Source: Ophelia neglecta (lineage: Eukaryota). Taken from it: a DNA stretch of 64,000 nucleotides. Location of the stretch: NCBI GenBank assembly GCA_965285935.1, contig OZ260661.1, positions 34,720,001-34,784,000 of the forward strand. The letters run 5' to 3'. Shown here piece after piece: positions 42,250 to 57,228 of the stretch (positions within the stretch are counted from its first letter, which is position 1; each line of letters begins with the position of its first letter). Below the pieces are notes generated by a model. It ran no database searches and had not been told where the DNA came from. It was given only the letters and a program-made list of their open reading frames with translations. The position numbers were made by a program, and so were the translations under genes.

Positions 42250-43100
42250 TATCCTTAACCTAATTTCTCGTGTCCGAACTTGAATCACACTCCGCTCTTG
42301 TTAACCAGGCACATACCCGCCACATTTACTTTCATTCTCCATTTTCGCTCTTCCCTCTCTCGCCTGCTCTGGGTGTCGTCTGGTTTCGGTGCTGCTGGGC
42401 CTGGGAATGCTCTATTCTCCCCGCGGCTGGAGCCTAGTGAGCGGCGGTATCGTCTGCTTCCCGCCTCGAGTTATGCAGCCATTCAGAAGCAGCCCCCGGA
42501 AGAAACAGGCCCCGACACTTTCTACCTCTCTGACTAATGAGATGCCACTTCCGGTCGGACAAGCGAATGCTCGAAAACGGCTTAATTAGAGGACCGTGAG
42601 CATGGCTTTTGTGCTGCCAGCTCTCTATAAAGCTTTCCAGGGGATTAGCGAATAAAAATGGAACCCAATCGGGGATTAATCAGCCCGAAGGGCGATGATG
42701 AACTAAAGGGCAATCAGTTTCTTATCAAAAAGTAATCCACCTATGGACCGATAGGGTCGCGGAGCAGCCTTCGTACAAACAGGGAGGCGGAGTCTTAGCC
42801 GGGGCTGAATGATGGTACTCCGTCAAAAGGCTAAATCAGCTGATACTATGGCAAAGATACCAATCATGTAGCCCTCCACCATAGTTTTTTACACGCTGTT
42901 CCCAATGGCGGCATTTTGCTCGAATTTAAAGCAGAGTTTTGCAGCCTTCTCTACCACGTAGCGATTGTTTGCAGACTGAGCAGACTCGGAGCGGTCGTGG
43001 CTAGACCAGGGCGCGCGTGGACGCGCCCAGCCTCATCGACCGCCCGTGATTCGTGGTCGAGCAGCATTGTCATGCACCCCATGGTTACATTATTCTCATT
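42250..43100 (-). promoter_or_regulatory. Candidate mGluR 5'UTR / proximal promoter region
   Basis: Locally GC- and CpG-rich relative to flanks, immediately upstream of the first coding exon, with CCAAT motifs near 42665, 42860 and 42902; transcription start not determinable. Confidence 0.35.
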
Positions 43101-44097
43101 TGCCAGACCACAATTTACCCGTAAAGCTAATTAGCCTATAAAATATTAAATACGAAGACTATCATAATAATTGGCTACCATTCTAGGCCGCAGGCTACAG
43201 TGGGATTAGGCCTGTATATATAATGTCACTTGTGAATTATGTTTATATGTCGGCCAGTGTTATTAGAGAGATCCTAGTAAATATGAACGTTAGAATTCGT
43301 GTGACAACTATTTAAACCTATCATCTTGCAATTGTCGACTGATGTAAACATCTTAATATCTCATCGAATATTGTAACCGCTTTCAATTGAGGGGGTTTGA
43401 CGAAGAAGGGAGGTGGGGGAGGGGCGAAGGGAGAGGGAGGGGGAGGGGGAGTCAGATTCTTCCTTTTTTCTAAAATCAATTACCTCCCTTGCATGCGTCT
43501 GAGACGCAAACTAGTTTTAAGATGTATACTTAATCTGAAGATTTGTACTCTTAAAATCACTGTTGATATAGGGATATAACATTTGCTACTTTCGAATTCT
43601 TCTAACATATAATGCACTGATATAGTAATAGCTATTACTAGATCAATAGTGTCGTGAAAATGCTGATTCTAGCACGAAACATTTTAAAAAGATACATTTT
43701 GCAGCTTAACATATTTTTAACAGTACATCCTTGCTTAAAAAATTAGGCATTAACATGGCATGGCCGGTCTCATCAAATTAATTAACAAGTAATAACCATT
43801 CTATTATACTTTTAGACAAAGATTATGAGATACAGAAAAAACGACTATTTTGATACCTATCTTTGGTTTCTGGCTGTTCGGTTAGATACCTGCTGCAAAT
43901 GGTTTGCAAAGGTAAAAATCAATGTAGACAAAATATAGATGTTGTCATGTTAATATATACATTGTTGTCATGTTAATATATACATGTAGCACGTGTAATG
44001 GTTGTGCCAAAGGCTAAGAAAACTTCCTGCTCCTTCTTGTCTATGATGACTGTTAAGATGATGCATGCCAGGAGACAGAAACACACCGACTTGTTTC

Positions 44098-44294
44098 CAG
44101 TGGATCCATGATTTCAGGAGGGGGGGGGCAACATTTTCCAAGGCTGACAAGGCAAATGTCTGGATTGTCTCCATAATCAACCCTCTGACAGCACCTTGGG
44201 TGTGTCCAGAAATAGGCCCCGGTCCAGGCCCACATTTTGGCAAAAAAAGGGGGGCGGAGCGGGTCCCCTGGGCCCCCTCCTGAATCCGCCACTG
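44098..44294. mobile_element. MITE with CAGTGG(CG)GAT-type termini
   Basis: Left CAGTGGATCCATGATTTCAGGAGGGGG versus right CCCCCTCCTGAATCCGCCACTG form imperfect inverted termini; about 200 bp GC-rich island. Confidence 0.6.
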
Positions 44295-45989
44295 GTTTGC
44301 TATAAAATCTTACACCTACTTATGACCTTCAAATTGATAATGTGACATATATACAGATTTCTTAAATTTATAGGTTTGTGGCAGACCTGGCACTAAAAAT
44401 CTTGGCAAGACTCATCGATCGATTGATGCCCGTAAGGTAATACGGCTCGTTGCTCCTGTTAAATACCACAGGCAAACAAACCTGTGCTCCCCAGGTCACA
44501 ACAGGAACTTTTATCTATTGCAAATAGTATCTAGGGGCAACCATCCGGAATTATCACCACCCGTAGAATTAAACGTGAATAGGAGGGATGACAGAATGGG
44601 TCGGAATGTGGACGAGCTTTCTTTTACAAAGGAGGACATTCCGAGACAAGCACTTTCACAATATACTACATTCCGGAAGCTCTGGACTCCGCAAAGTCAA
44701 TATTTAGCCGTCGAAAAACGACTATAGGAGTCTTCCGCGTGACCCGCGCTCGGCATCAAAGACATTCGTCTGCTCCAGACCACGGGACGAAGAATGTCCA
44801 TACAGCCATTAGGACATCATTGAATATCTTTAAACCCTGCTCTAGCGTAAATAAGGAAGCAGTTATTTCACCCTTAGATATAATCAGCAGGCGAGCCAAA
44901 TTTCACAAATATTTGTGCTCGAAACCGTCACAATATTTTGGAATACATGTACCAAAAAATAGGCTCAGCCTAATTGAATGGGATGTTAAGGCATGAATAA
45001 ATGGATTATTCAATGTCTTATGTAAGAGGGCCTTATATGAAACTGTAGGTTTTCTTATAAGCTCGTGCATGCAGGCATAGTAGCCTTATTTAATGACACA
45101 CGATATTGAATTAATAGGGACCATAAAAAATACAATGTTTTTTTTGTCCTGTGAATTCCGTAGATTGTCCTGAGCCATAAACACAGGCAAACCCGGTGTA
45201 TTTGCAGAGGATTTATATTAGAATACCATGTCCCCGGTGATACCCAAATGAAAAACGTGCTTTTCATTAAATCACCTTCAACCCCTGGCATTCAATTACA
45301 TGTTTTGTTTGGAAAAAACGTTCCCATTCTAACCGGACGTATTGGGAGAGTCCTCGCGGTATTCTGATCTGATGCATTGTTTTAGTAGCTTAATTAATAA
45401 TAAGAAAAATTTAACAGCCACCCTGATTTAGGTGATACATCCCGGTAAAGAATATCCTGTAGTCTTACACGAAACGAAGAGCTGGTGCCTCTCTTTCATG
45501 GCATTAGAATAGGAAGGAAATTCCCTACTACTAAGTATATTATGTATGCAAACAAAAATTAACTGGTAGGCAAGGCACAATTATTTTTAATGAACCAAAA
45601 CCAAGTGTTGGTTTGCAATTAAAAACTGATATTGACTTCACAATTAGATTATAATTGTACCTAGATAGGTGTCAAATGCAGCGCTAAGTTAGCGAAGCAC
45701 AATATAACGATGCCTTCTGATGCGTGGTTGTAAGAAATGTCATGTTGCACGCGACGCAGAGCCTTGCCCTTGCGTGTCCATGCTATTCACCAGTCGGGAG
45801 AGTCCTATATATAAACCATGAATATAGTTATGTGATCATGCAGAAGAGCGACAACCTGAGAGTGTGGCTGGTGATCCTAAGTACATGTCCTTATTTGAGT
45901 TGTTCCAGTCCAAACTCAACAACTCAAGGGTGACCAGGTCTGAGATTTCTTGGGCCTACATACATTAACCTGAACATCCTATTACTACC

Positions 45990-46590
45990 TAAAATATAAA
46001 CCGGAAGAAAATTTCTGCTGTCCTCCTTCTCAGCCAAATATTACATTTCTCCCCGTAGGACATCCGTTGTCTTCTTGAAAAGCCAAGTAGGTATTGGATC
46101 AGGCGATCATATGTATGATGGCGACTTTCCAGTAGGTTGCAATCCCCATCCCCGGGTGCCGTTCTCAATGGATCCACGTGGATCCCTGTGGACATTAATC
46201 TGTGACAGATTTTCTTTTGGTAATCAACGACGAATTTTCACGATTTTCTCCATATATAGAAGAAAAAAATCTGACAGCGATAGGGAACTCATGTTCTGAA
46301 AGAAGCTGAGGTTTGCTTTTATATAGCAGAGTGTTAACAACAGCTTGAACGACTTTATCATCTGTGTCTGCTTCAGTGATTTTTGCATTTCAGAGTTCCG
46401 GTTTGGTCCTGTCAATGGCTTAGTTGTATTTATCTTAAGCCTTTTTTCCTGGTCCACAGCATTAGACAGTCTTTTTGTGGTTTATTCTGCGCTTTTCAAG
46501 CTTAAGATTGTGTTAATCGGGCGTTCAGACACGGTACGTGAATACAAAGGGGCGTTTCAGTCAAGAGTTGCCGATAATGCATTAAATGGG
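45990..46590 (-). mobile_element. Decayed LINE (L2/CR1-group) ORF2 fragment
   Basis: Broken-frame peptides in the expected order: FNALSATLD*NAPLYSRTVSERP (cf. LLDKHAPLK..V..RP), LSDFFLLYMEKIVKIRR (cf. F..FF.EKI.KIR), PDPIPTWLFKKTTDVL (cf. LDPIPTWLLK). Confidence 0.65.
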
Positions 46591-49500
46591 TGTCCAGAGA
46601 GTTAACGAGTAAGATATGGAAAACCACCTTCAGGCTGATGGAGTATTAGTAGCTATATATATATATAGACAGGATGTCACTGCTACAATGGGGAATGTCA
46701 GTATTTCTTCATTTTCTATTATAGTAATTGATTTTAAGATTCGGCAATGTTTGATAATATGTAACGAACCAAGAATGGCATTGTGATACGAAATCAGTCG
46801 CTGACCTGTACTTTTAAAAAACATGTGGTAAAGAGAAAAGATGAATAAATCTCTACATATTTTATATGGGATCATTTGAATTTTATTCCTTTTATGTTCA
46901 TTGTGTACAGTCAACCCACGTTTGGTAAAAGAAGTGTCATACTAATAATCTGAAACATAATAAAATCAATATATAATGAATATAGTGTCGGTAATGTGAG
47001 ACATGTACGTTTACATGGCATTAACTTCATACTGGATATTCGACATAACAGTTTAATACCAACGATAGTAACATACGGCTTACAATTAACGGTTATATAA
47101 TACTTTACTGTTATTACCAATTCTATTATACATACGTTAGGTTTAGATTCTTACAGATTTATATAATATCATAGTATTCCATTCCTTTTAGAAACCTACC
47201 CAGTAAGGAATTGGATTGTGTCCAAGAGAAGCGAGATACCTCCTGTGTTTAGCAGAGCTAGTGGCTGAATGGGTATTTAGTGATGTAAACGATAATAGCG
47301 GTAATTCCATGAACTAAGCCAGGCTTGAATCTAGCCTATTACATACAACTCGTTAAAATAACACTATCTAGAAATAATTTGTTGGAAATGATATCCAAAA
47401 AGTGCTGGGCATGGGAAAGACTACAGTTTTCAAAGTTTGTTGAAGGGAATAGTGCTACTTTCTGACTTGTATGTTCGACTTGTGCAAAATAATACACTGG
47501 AGGTATGGGCCAGGCTGGGGAGGGGAGGAGGGGGAGGGGGGGGGGAGGGGGGGGGCTGTAGTACTGTGACACCAAAATGAGTCCCTCTTCAAGGTAAAAA
47601 AAATGGGGGAGGGGGGGGGGGGGCTTGACATAGAAAAAAAATCAACCTATGATCCTTGCATAAGCCGTAACCCCATTCCCGTGATTCCCCACGTCGAATT
47701 GAGTGCCTTATTTTACTTATTCCAGAGCCCCTTGCTTTTCATTTTGTACTAATGGTTCACTGCATCTTCCCTATTTGACTTTCCATGTTCTGTAACAATA
47801 CGTGCTATTTAAGCCTCGAACTCACGATACCATTTTGCGCACTTTATCGCCGCTCGGGTATAGCCATACCAAGAAAAGCGGACTCTCTTTGTTCAAGCTA
47901 TTTCTATACGGGCTGCGCCCTATATTCAATATAATTATATGCGCGCTCTTTAGTTCTTTAAGCGCGTGCTTCGCCATGCATATTTTTCGTGATGCGCTAT
48001 GCCTTTTCATGCCCCCTCTTGGCGATTCCATGTAGAAAGTTTAACCATCATTTTTAACTCACGCAATTTTTCTAAAGGCATGATAGTTGTGTACTCTGAT
48101 GCTAATCTGCCCCCACGTGAGCACCCCTGACCCCTCTTAATTCTAACTGATGCCTTCAAGTCCCTAAGACGTGAGCCAGGTAGGACAACGATGTTGTTTG
48201 CTTGCCAACGGTGTCGAATCGTTGGTACACTACAAAACTAAATACAACCTTGGAAATAAATATGTGATGACCACATGTGTGTTGCTCTGCCGGTGATATA
48301 TTTTAAGAAATGTGTTATTTAAGAGCACGACATGTTTGGCAAGACACGTCCAATTTATATCCAAGGATATGGGGGGAGGGGGGGGGGGAGAAATAAAGCT
48401 ATTCAAAAACTATTCCGATAAATATTTCGAAGCCGCTACCAAGAACGAGCTAGAGTCCGTCCATTGTGGGAAAGTCCATGTCGTAGGTTGTATAACTGTC
48501 TATAACACCAGAATGGACTGTTCCTCTCCATGCACGGGAGGTCAGAAGTCACACCCCTGAAGGACACCTTGAACACTGCTGGTCATCTGTAGCCCCAGCG
48601 CTACGTGTAGTTCAAAGACATCAGTGCGTTCAGTGCTGAGAAAGCCAGTGTTGTTCTCCTAATTGGCCGGAAATATGAACCGATTCCGGGAAATTCTCCG
48701 GGCAAGATTGTCAAGACATAAAATTAACCACACATAACTGGATGTTGAGAGTTGAAGTATATCGTCGTTGGGTACTATTTGATAAATCTCAGTAAACATC
48801 AGGATATTTAGAGGTGCAACAGTGGTGTAAGGAAAACATCTATTTGTAAATTTATGTACGACCACTTGAAGACAAGGTTAGGAAAGTTATTAATGCGTCG
48901 TTTTAAACTCTTTTGTGATGATTACTGTAACATCTTAGCATCTCCCACTAGTTTTATAAGATCCAGAATATAGATACAGACCGACAGTGTGGCTTTATAA
49001 TAACAACAAAATAAGTTATTAAAAAGTTGTGTGAAGTATATGTATATATATATATATATATTTCTTTTAATTTAGTACTGCAGTACAAGGGACAACCCAA
49101 TGGCTCTGAGTCCATTTCTAGTGTTATATCAGTTGGCTGTTTTAAACTTAGCCATCTTGCCATCTCCTCCCTTCGCTGAACGCCGAGCAGACGACACCTC
49201 AGAAATAATAGCAAATTTATTGCAGTTATTTACAATGGCTCCACGTAGCTCTCGCGATACTCTTTCAAATTACATTTAAGAAATTGGGATACATAGATCT
49301 TCTTTATAGATAGGAAGTGCCTCACTGTCATAAGTAATAAGTTTCCGTGACTACCTATAGGGATTCCGATTTCAGGTTACATGACATTTATAACCCTGGC
49401 AGTATGCCTATGCCCTATGGAAACTTTCTTCGTTCTTCTTGTTATTCTTGCCATCGGTCGTCTGCTTGGTTTATCCGGTGTGGCAGTTTAAGATAACCCC

Positions 49501-52500
49501 TTTGCGCCGATCATTACACTTGCTTAAATAAAATAAGTCACGTGACACGACAATTTATAAAGCAAGTTTTTCCCTAATATACTAGTACAAGTAGTTTTAC
49601 TAAACTTAGAAAGTCTACAGGTGTGATTTAAAATGGATAAAGACGTTTCTTTACAGATAAAGAGAAGTGAGTCCCAAAGTCTTGGAGGACAGATAGAGAG
49701 TGATCTGTCTACTGCAGGCGGCCCTGTGTTAGATCCGGGGCCTAAATTGATCAGTTCCTGACTAGACGACCGAAGGATGCTGGAGGGTTGATAAGGTATC
49801 AGCGTCTCGGACAAAACGCTGCTCGAACAAATACCTCCGGCCGCGGAGACCTGTGCCGATATCTTGAAATCTATTGTGCTCAACTGGCAGCAAGTGAGCT
49901 CGTTCAACACAGGATTGAGGGGATCATGCTTTTTTCTTCAGTTTAATAAAGCAGGCTGTGCAGTGATGAATTAGACACAGCTTACTGAGCAAGTTTTCTG
50001 TTCTTTTTTCCACTTAGACGCCCGTAACCCTATTCCAGAAGCGAGATGACAAATATTAAAACTTATTTACCTTGTCAGATTGCGTTATGAATAACCATCT
50101 CCTCGATGATTTTTTAAAAAGCTGCATTCTAAAATGGTCGCCTGTTCACTGAACCTGCATTCTCTAAACAACGCACGTTGAACATATTACCCATTTTATA
50201 GACTTAAATGTTTCTATCTCGGTGAAAAAACAAACTAAATTGCTAATAATGTTCTTGAAAAGTTTGTTAATTTAGAAATAAATTGATTGAGATTGACCTA
50301 AACCTGAAATACATGGTCCACGGGTAATATAATTCAGGATACATCAGATACGATGTGCTTTGTCCGCACATAGCGCCAGGGAAACAGAAACAGTCGTGTA
50401 GTAATTGATGGAACTTTGTTTAGAGCCTTGCAAGGATGCCTCCTCAAAAAGGTGTCAAAAAACGACTTATAAACGCTCGGAGAGGATCGTACACCGTTGC
50501 GTTTGGCCGGTCCAATAAGTGTCCGAACTGCAAGTGCTAGGACCGTACCTTTCGAGTGTCCGGCGTCCGGGGGAGTGTGTTTGCAACACAACAAGAATAA
50601 TTAACACACTATATTTACTTTCAATTAGTTTTATTTTATGATCTAAAGAAAAACAATCTTCATATATATAAGCACTGTGTAATACAAAACAACTAAAATA
50701 CCTTGTTAACCTAGTTAAGGTTTTTCACTTTAAATCACTTTTGACTTACAGTTTACTCAAACATTGTTCAAGATCATGACCCAAGAGTTATCATAATAAA
50801 TTGCCTGTGTATCCTGATTATTATCAGATAAATTATTGTAGACTCACAAATCTTTTTCAGTACATAGAAAAAAGTACATCACAACATTCAAAAAAAGTAT
50901 GCTGTCACCTAGATCACACTTTGGTTTACCAATCATGAATTTGTGTCAGGGGTAAGTTTTGGTTGCATAATCCCATAAAGCTTTATCAGTTTCTTCATTG
51001 TCTTAAGTTTGTAGCGCAGTTTGAAAACAAATAGCCACATCTATGACAGGAGATGGCAAGACCAAACCAAAAATCACCCTCCCCAGGTATATAGAGATAT
51101 TCTATAATTGAATTTCCATAAGTCTCTTTCATAATTCCAAGGGGGAGAAAACATCATAGAATATAGGCTTCCAGGTGTGAATTCGTGTACATTTTTAGTA
51201 GTTTTACCTGAAATACCCCAGTATCTTTTAGATTGCGAAATATGCTTTTCTCTCTGATTGCCTCCAGTTTTGTGGGCCTTTCTTGTTAAATGCTGCATTC
51301 TGAGAACGACTCTATGTGGGGCCTCTCTGATCAGGTCATTGTTTATTCTTTAGTCACAAATTCGCTGAAAAAAAAGTGGCAGTGTTAGGTTAATCACTGT
51401 CAAACCAGTCAACACATTACAGATCACTTCAGAAAATCTTATGAAATTATATATAAGGATTAATGTATTCATCTAAATAATATTTCTAAAATACGTGACA
51501 CACTTAGTCTGAATACATCATTTCTCATTATTTAACTAACATAATTCTTTACGATTTTGTATGGGTTTTTAAAGTATTAAGCTCAAAATGTATCAAAATG
51601 TATACGCAAGCCAAAGTGTCCACATCAATTCGTGAGGTTCGTTTGTTTTCTGTTAATTAATTAAATCATAGGGTTGCTTGTGCTCAATGCTGAAGGAAAA
51701 TTGAAACTATAACTGTTTTGTAAATATACTATGTATACATATACATCAAACAGTGACTAAATGTTTTTATTTTAAGATAAACTGTCGCCAAAGTAGTGAA
51801 AGGCATACACACGCTTTTTAATTGATTTATATTACCAAGTGCCTAGATAATTTAAGCTATTTGTAAATATGATTTTAAACAAAGCAACTACTTTCGTTGA
51901 CAGTAAAAAGTTTAGACGCAATATACTTTTGCTTTGCTTTTTATTGTAGCTATGCAAACGTTTTGCAAAAACTAGAATATTTTTATACATTTCAGTTCTT
52001 CATTTTATTTGCCAGTTGATACCATTTCACAATTTGGATCAAACGCATTCCTTTTGATTTCCCCCCAAGAGGAGGTTTGCCAATGAGGCAGTATTACTGG
52101 CTAAATGAAGATAAATACCTGACTTCAATGAAACAAATGTCCGGAATTAAGGAACCTTTTATTGCACACGTTTAACACGCAAACCCACCATCCATATGGT
52201 CCCCTTGAAATTAGTATTCTTTCAGCTTGTCCAATATTTTTTTTTTTTTTTTTTTTCGTGAACAGCACACGGCCATATACCCCCAGATTATTATTTCTTA
52301 CGTCATTGCTCTTCTTTTTTTTTCATATTGTCAATGTTGTATATCGTTTTGCCTTTCTAAGTTTTATTTATCTCTTAGAATAGCCATCGTTATCACATTG
52401 AACTAACACAACCCTGAAATAAAGGAAACAGCCAACAAGTCACTTTTCAAAGAAAAATGATGATTTTCAGTGTAACAAGTTTAATACAGGGACTTTGACA

Positions 52501-55500
52501 GAGGACATTAACACTTTTTTTTGTGCTAATTGTCATCAATTGTAACTTGTCACATTTCTAAATCATAAGTAAGTTATTCACTGAAATATGGGTACATCAT
52601 GATTTAGACACGTCACGGATTTATGACGTCAGAAAAAAACTCCGTCAAAGTCCTCTGTAAATGTAATCTTTCCATACCTTAGTAGTTAGTACCCTTGTGA
52701 TTAACCGAGCAGTGCTTTGTTCCCAGCCACAACATTCAGAAAAAGACAATGTGCGAATTGAATTTTCTTCAATTATTTCAATTTCGTTCATCAATACATC
52801 AAAATATGCTCCACGACGTTTTATTACCCGGCTGAAAACACTAAATTTGCAACAAACGGGTCTAATGTCGTTCATGTGATGAATGTAATCGAAGCACTAG
52901 GCTTTAGTTAAATGTTAATTGTCTCTATTGGAAGCAGGTATACCTGTTGGAAGCGGGTATACGGACACATACAAAGACGACAGTAAACAGAAACCCACAA
53001 ACAGCAAGCCACTGAACAGTGTACATCTCATGAGAATACCAAATGATAGACTGGACCTTTTCAATGTTAAATAATAGCATCCCTTATCATAGCAAAACTA
53101 ATGTTTTACCACTAAGAAGTAGACTTAATCAGAAAATATTAAAGTAATAGTTTTTTTTAAATATGTTTACTTTTTTTGGGCACATTGGTTATAAATCACG
53201 GGGCTTAAAATAGGTTTTTCTTCTCTGAACAGAATTGTTGCTAGGCTAAAATTAGTATGCATAAAAAGGGGACATGTTTCGTGTCTCACCATCATTATAC
53301 CGATACACGCGAGTCTGGTCAAGACATCTGAATGTTACTGTCAAGCCCTTTACGGGGTTTATAAACGTACGTAATCCCATTATTCCAGGCAGTATGGGAA
53401 TACAGAACAGGCGTTTAAAGAGGAATATTTGACCCATTTTATTGTACTTTATTCAACTAGGCGAACTGTTCAGTGCCATATGTTGCAGTTGTTCCAAGGA
53501 ACACAACCGATGGTTTAATAAACATTTACCCTAGGGGCCTATTATATAGTGGATACAAAGCAGGGTAGGCAGTATTGTAAAATGTATTCTATTATTATAT
53601 ATTTGATTAAATTAGATGTATATTTGATATTATATATAATAGCTAGGGGCCTAGTTGATATAAAGAAGTGGTAGAAACCATTTAAAGAAATGACGAATAA
53701 TTATCAGCATTGTAACGTTACAAGAAGTGTCCATATAAATTAGGAATTGAATACATATTATCTTTTTGTCATCGATTTCACACAAAATAATACGGGTTTA
53801 CTGTGAAGTCCTTGCGCTCACGTATAACAAGTCAAACGTGAGTGAAAAGTGCCCCAGGTGATTGTGTCAAAAAAGAGAACCATTCTGATAGATCCATCAA
53901 AAGCCAGGACACTAACCTTGAATCAATTCAACGTGCAAGTTGCCCCGTTAAGGGGAAGTGGTCTTTCCACTTTGACTTAAGAATTTCCTTCTTGGGATCC
54001 ATTTTGGAGACGAAACGTCTTTTCTTCGGAGGTTCGTTTGTTGAAAGGTTTACACACTTAGGCTAAAAGGGCGTTCAAGCAATGTATGAGCAGAAAACAC
54101 GCGAAAAAGTAGGCGTGTTAAGCCCAGCTGTCCTTGAAATCCCTACTTTCATTAAATCCCTTTCAGCAAATGGACAGTTTAATACCTTTTCGGCGAGTAA
54201 TTTCGACATAAAGTTTCGAATTAATTGTATTGGACTAGGCTTGACTGTACAAATGGGCCCTTTTCATGATCACCTAGCTCAGTTTCACTCAACATGTCTT
54301 GTATCGCTTGGTCCTTAATGACGACACAGCTGAAGACGGTATTCAAACCATTATTGAAAGAACCAATCCCGTTGACAGGTTAACTGCATAGAGCCCCCTA
54401 TACTATACTACTCTAAATCAGAAACTCCTTGCTATTGGCTCCACTCCTGAATACATTTGAAGGTGATTTTACGGATTTTTATCCTGTGTCTTGACTTGTT
54501 TAGGTAGCCCATTACTGGTCTCATTTTATACTCGATATAATAGGGTCGCTTTGCACGTCTGGAAATTCTGCTTCTTTAGGCAATGAATCAATCAACTCAT
54601 TCTTTAATATTGGCATACTTGTAATTACACATCATTGCCAGATATTTAACGATTTAATCAAAAAGTAAGATTAATTTAAGACTCCTAGAGGAAGCCAGCG
54701 AACAATGAATAAGAACTAAAGTGATTTGGCTTCTGCGTGTGTATGCCGATGTGGTGTTTTCACCGTGTTGGTGTAATATTGGAAATGACCTAAACTGCAA
54801 CTTTGCTAAGAAAAGATCACCGTCTGGTAATTATTGGGCTATAATATAACTGCACTATAGCTGCAGTTCGCAAACAGACGAGGGAGCATCAAAAGGGATG
54901 TATTTTTTTCCCTGCGAGTAAAGTTTCTCCGTGGCACTCTAGAGGGAGTGAAATGGATGTTCCCTCAGCGGGAGGAGTCTGGGGAGACCTGGTAGAGTTC
55001 ACTCTTATCACACCCTCCAAGGGTGAATGTGCTTCCCACTCCCTCTCCCCTTCCCCCTTGGTAAGGGGTTTTTTCTACATCGTATTATATTTAATCTCAT
55101 CTCCCGAATTTGACTTTCAAATCTGTTTATAGGGCTATCGATTATCAATAAGGCGAACCCCAGATGCTGGAACGGGCATATATAATACAAAATTGCATGA
55201 ATAAGGAAATCGTTACAGCAATTATATACCCAAGCGACAACCTATCTTTTAGGTCTACATCACAAAACGCAGCGAAAAAAAAGAAAACCTTTAAAATTGG
55301 CAGCATCGATTTTTTCTAAGCTTCGTTCTATCAGTTTTCGAATTACTAACAAACCCTCGGAGAATAAAGTGACTTCCTCACATACGTTGCACTTAAACGA
55401 TCATGAACGATCTCAGCAAGCAAATGGCAAGAGTAAAGTATTCCGATAGTAGCCTAACACTATCAATATGGATAACACACACTTCGTATGTTTATCCAGC

Positions 55501-56477
55501 CTCAAGTGTTTTATATTTAAAAAGGGAAAAGAGTACATTATTGACATTGTAAGATGTTTTTCCAACTTTTGAGAAATTCCTCTTTCTCTTAAAGTCAGGA
55601 TTGCAACAAGATATTTTGTTCCGCTGGCACGTTGCATCCATTTTAATGCCTCTGTTCTTTCGCTACCGCCACGAGGGGAGAGGTAAGAATCAAGCAAAGC
55701 CCAATGTAATTCACGGCATTTTACCTCGCAACGCTGAAATCTCCTTTAAGGTCATTTGTCTCCCACGAGGATTTGCAGGCAATTGATCAGATGTCTTGAT
55801 AAAATGTGACTTAAGTAAGCTTATTGCTGGGACCAAGCCGATACAACTCCACAGGAATAAGAATTCGGACCAAAGAAGCAGACAGGCTGGAGTGGGTGTT
55901 TGGAACATGCTAGAGACTTGAAGGCGAATATAGGGATACCAATTGCTGCATAATTAGAACACACTTGTTATAGCATCTAACTAAGATCGTTTAGGAAAAA
56001 ACATTGTATAGGACTTGATTTAACCCCCTTAGAAAGCAAAACGCGTTATTTCCAAATGAAGAATTACGACAGTTTCTTTTTTCCAATTTGTATGCATGCT
56101 TGGTCTAAGAGAAAATGTACTGTACCATGCGCGGTGTAGCTCGCCAACACCCATTGAAGTTATTGGTGTAAAGCCCGCTATAGGCTACCCTGACTGGCAT
56201 TGTCGGTTTTACAGTCAAATTAAGGACCAACCCTTTGCTTGAAGTTTGCGCAAATTTAAGCAAATATTGAACACAGGAAATTTAGCAGGAAATTTCCAAC
56301 AAAACATGGTTCATATAGTACTTACTGATTGCCCAAATATCCCAGCGTGCAGCAACTGTGCACACTCAATGTAAGAGTAGACCTAACACATGCATGGGTG
56401 TAAACAGGCCATTCACTGTGTAAAGCCCCTTTCATCGCACATTGTACACGGTATACGGTTCCTCCTATCTATGTTTA

Positions 56478-57045
56478 ATAGCTCTAGGTCCATGTCTAAT
56501 GTCATAATGATTGGCTATCTATAACTGGGGCCATAGCCAAGTTTCATAGCTCTAGGTCCATTTGTAATGTCATAATGGTTGGTTATCTATTACTGGGGCC
56601 ATAACTAAGTTTCATAGCTCTAGGTCCATTTCTAATGTCATAATGGACAATGGTTGGCTATATATTATTACCACTTACGAGGGCATTACCAGTAGGATAG
56701 CTCTATTTTACATGGGCGGTAAAACAGCGTAACCGTTGACTGGTGACGTCAGAGCCAGTCCGCTAATGAGAGACAGTCCGCTTTCATTGGTTGGCTATAT
56801 ATTATGACTTGGGACCATAGAGCTGTGGGGCGAGCCATCTAGTCGCTGCGGAAAAAGCCGAACTTTTTCCAACTGTATACCGAACAGGCGTTATTAAATA
56901 AACAGACTATTTTCACCGACTATGAAAGCTGTCTGCAGGTTCAAATATGGCGGCTCGCTCCATAGGTCTATAGTCCAAAGTAATATATAGCCAACCATTA
57001 TGACATTAGAAACGGACCTAGAGTCATGAAACTTTGCTAGGTTCC
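56478..57045. repeat. 68-bp tandem repeat (about 2.7 copies) plus inverted copy; probable non-autonomous TIR element
   Basis: GCTCTAGGTCCAT..TAATGTCATAATG recurs at 56481, 56549 and 56617; partial copy at about 56788-56836; reverse-complement copy at about 56950-57045. Confidence 0.85.
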
Positions 57046-57198
57046 TCCATGACAAAAATTAAACGCTGTCCGAAATAACCAGAAAACTATACCCTATTTA
57101 TGTCTTTACTTTAACTACGCATTGTTTGAAATAGAAAAAAAATATATCTAGAAAACGCCTTTAACTGTATGACACAGGATATTAAGCACTTAGTAATT

Positions 57199-57228
57199 GT
57201 TATTATTATTTTATTATTATTATTATTA
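57199..57228. repeat. (TTA)n microsatellite
   Basis: ttattattattttattattattattatta. Confidence 0.85.

Noticed and set aside
56481-56680. CRISPR-like array
   Set aside because: Eukaryotic context, head-to-tail units without unique spacers, and no cas genes.
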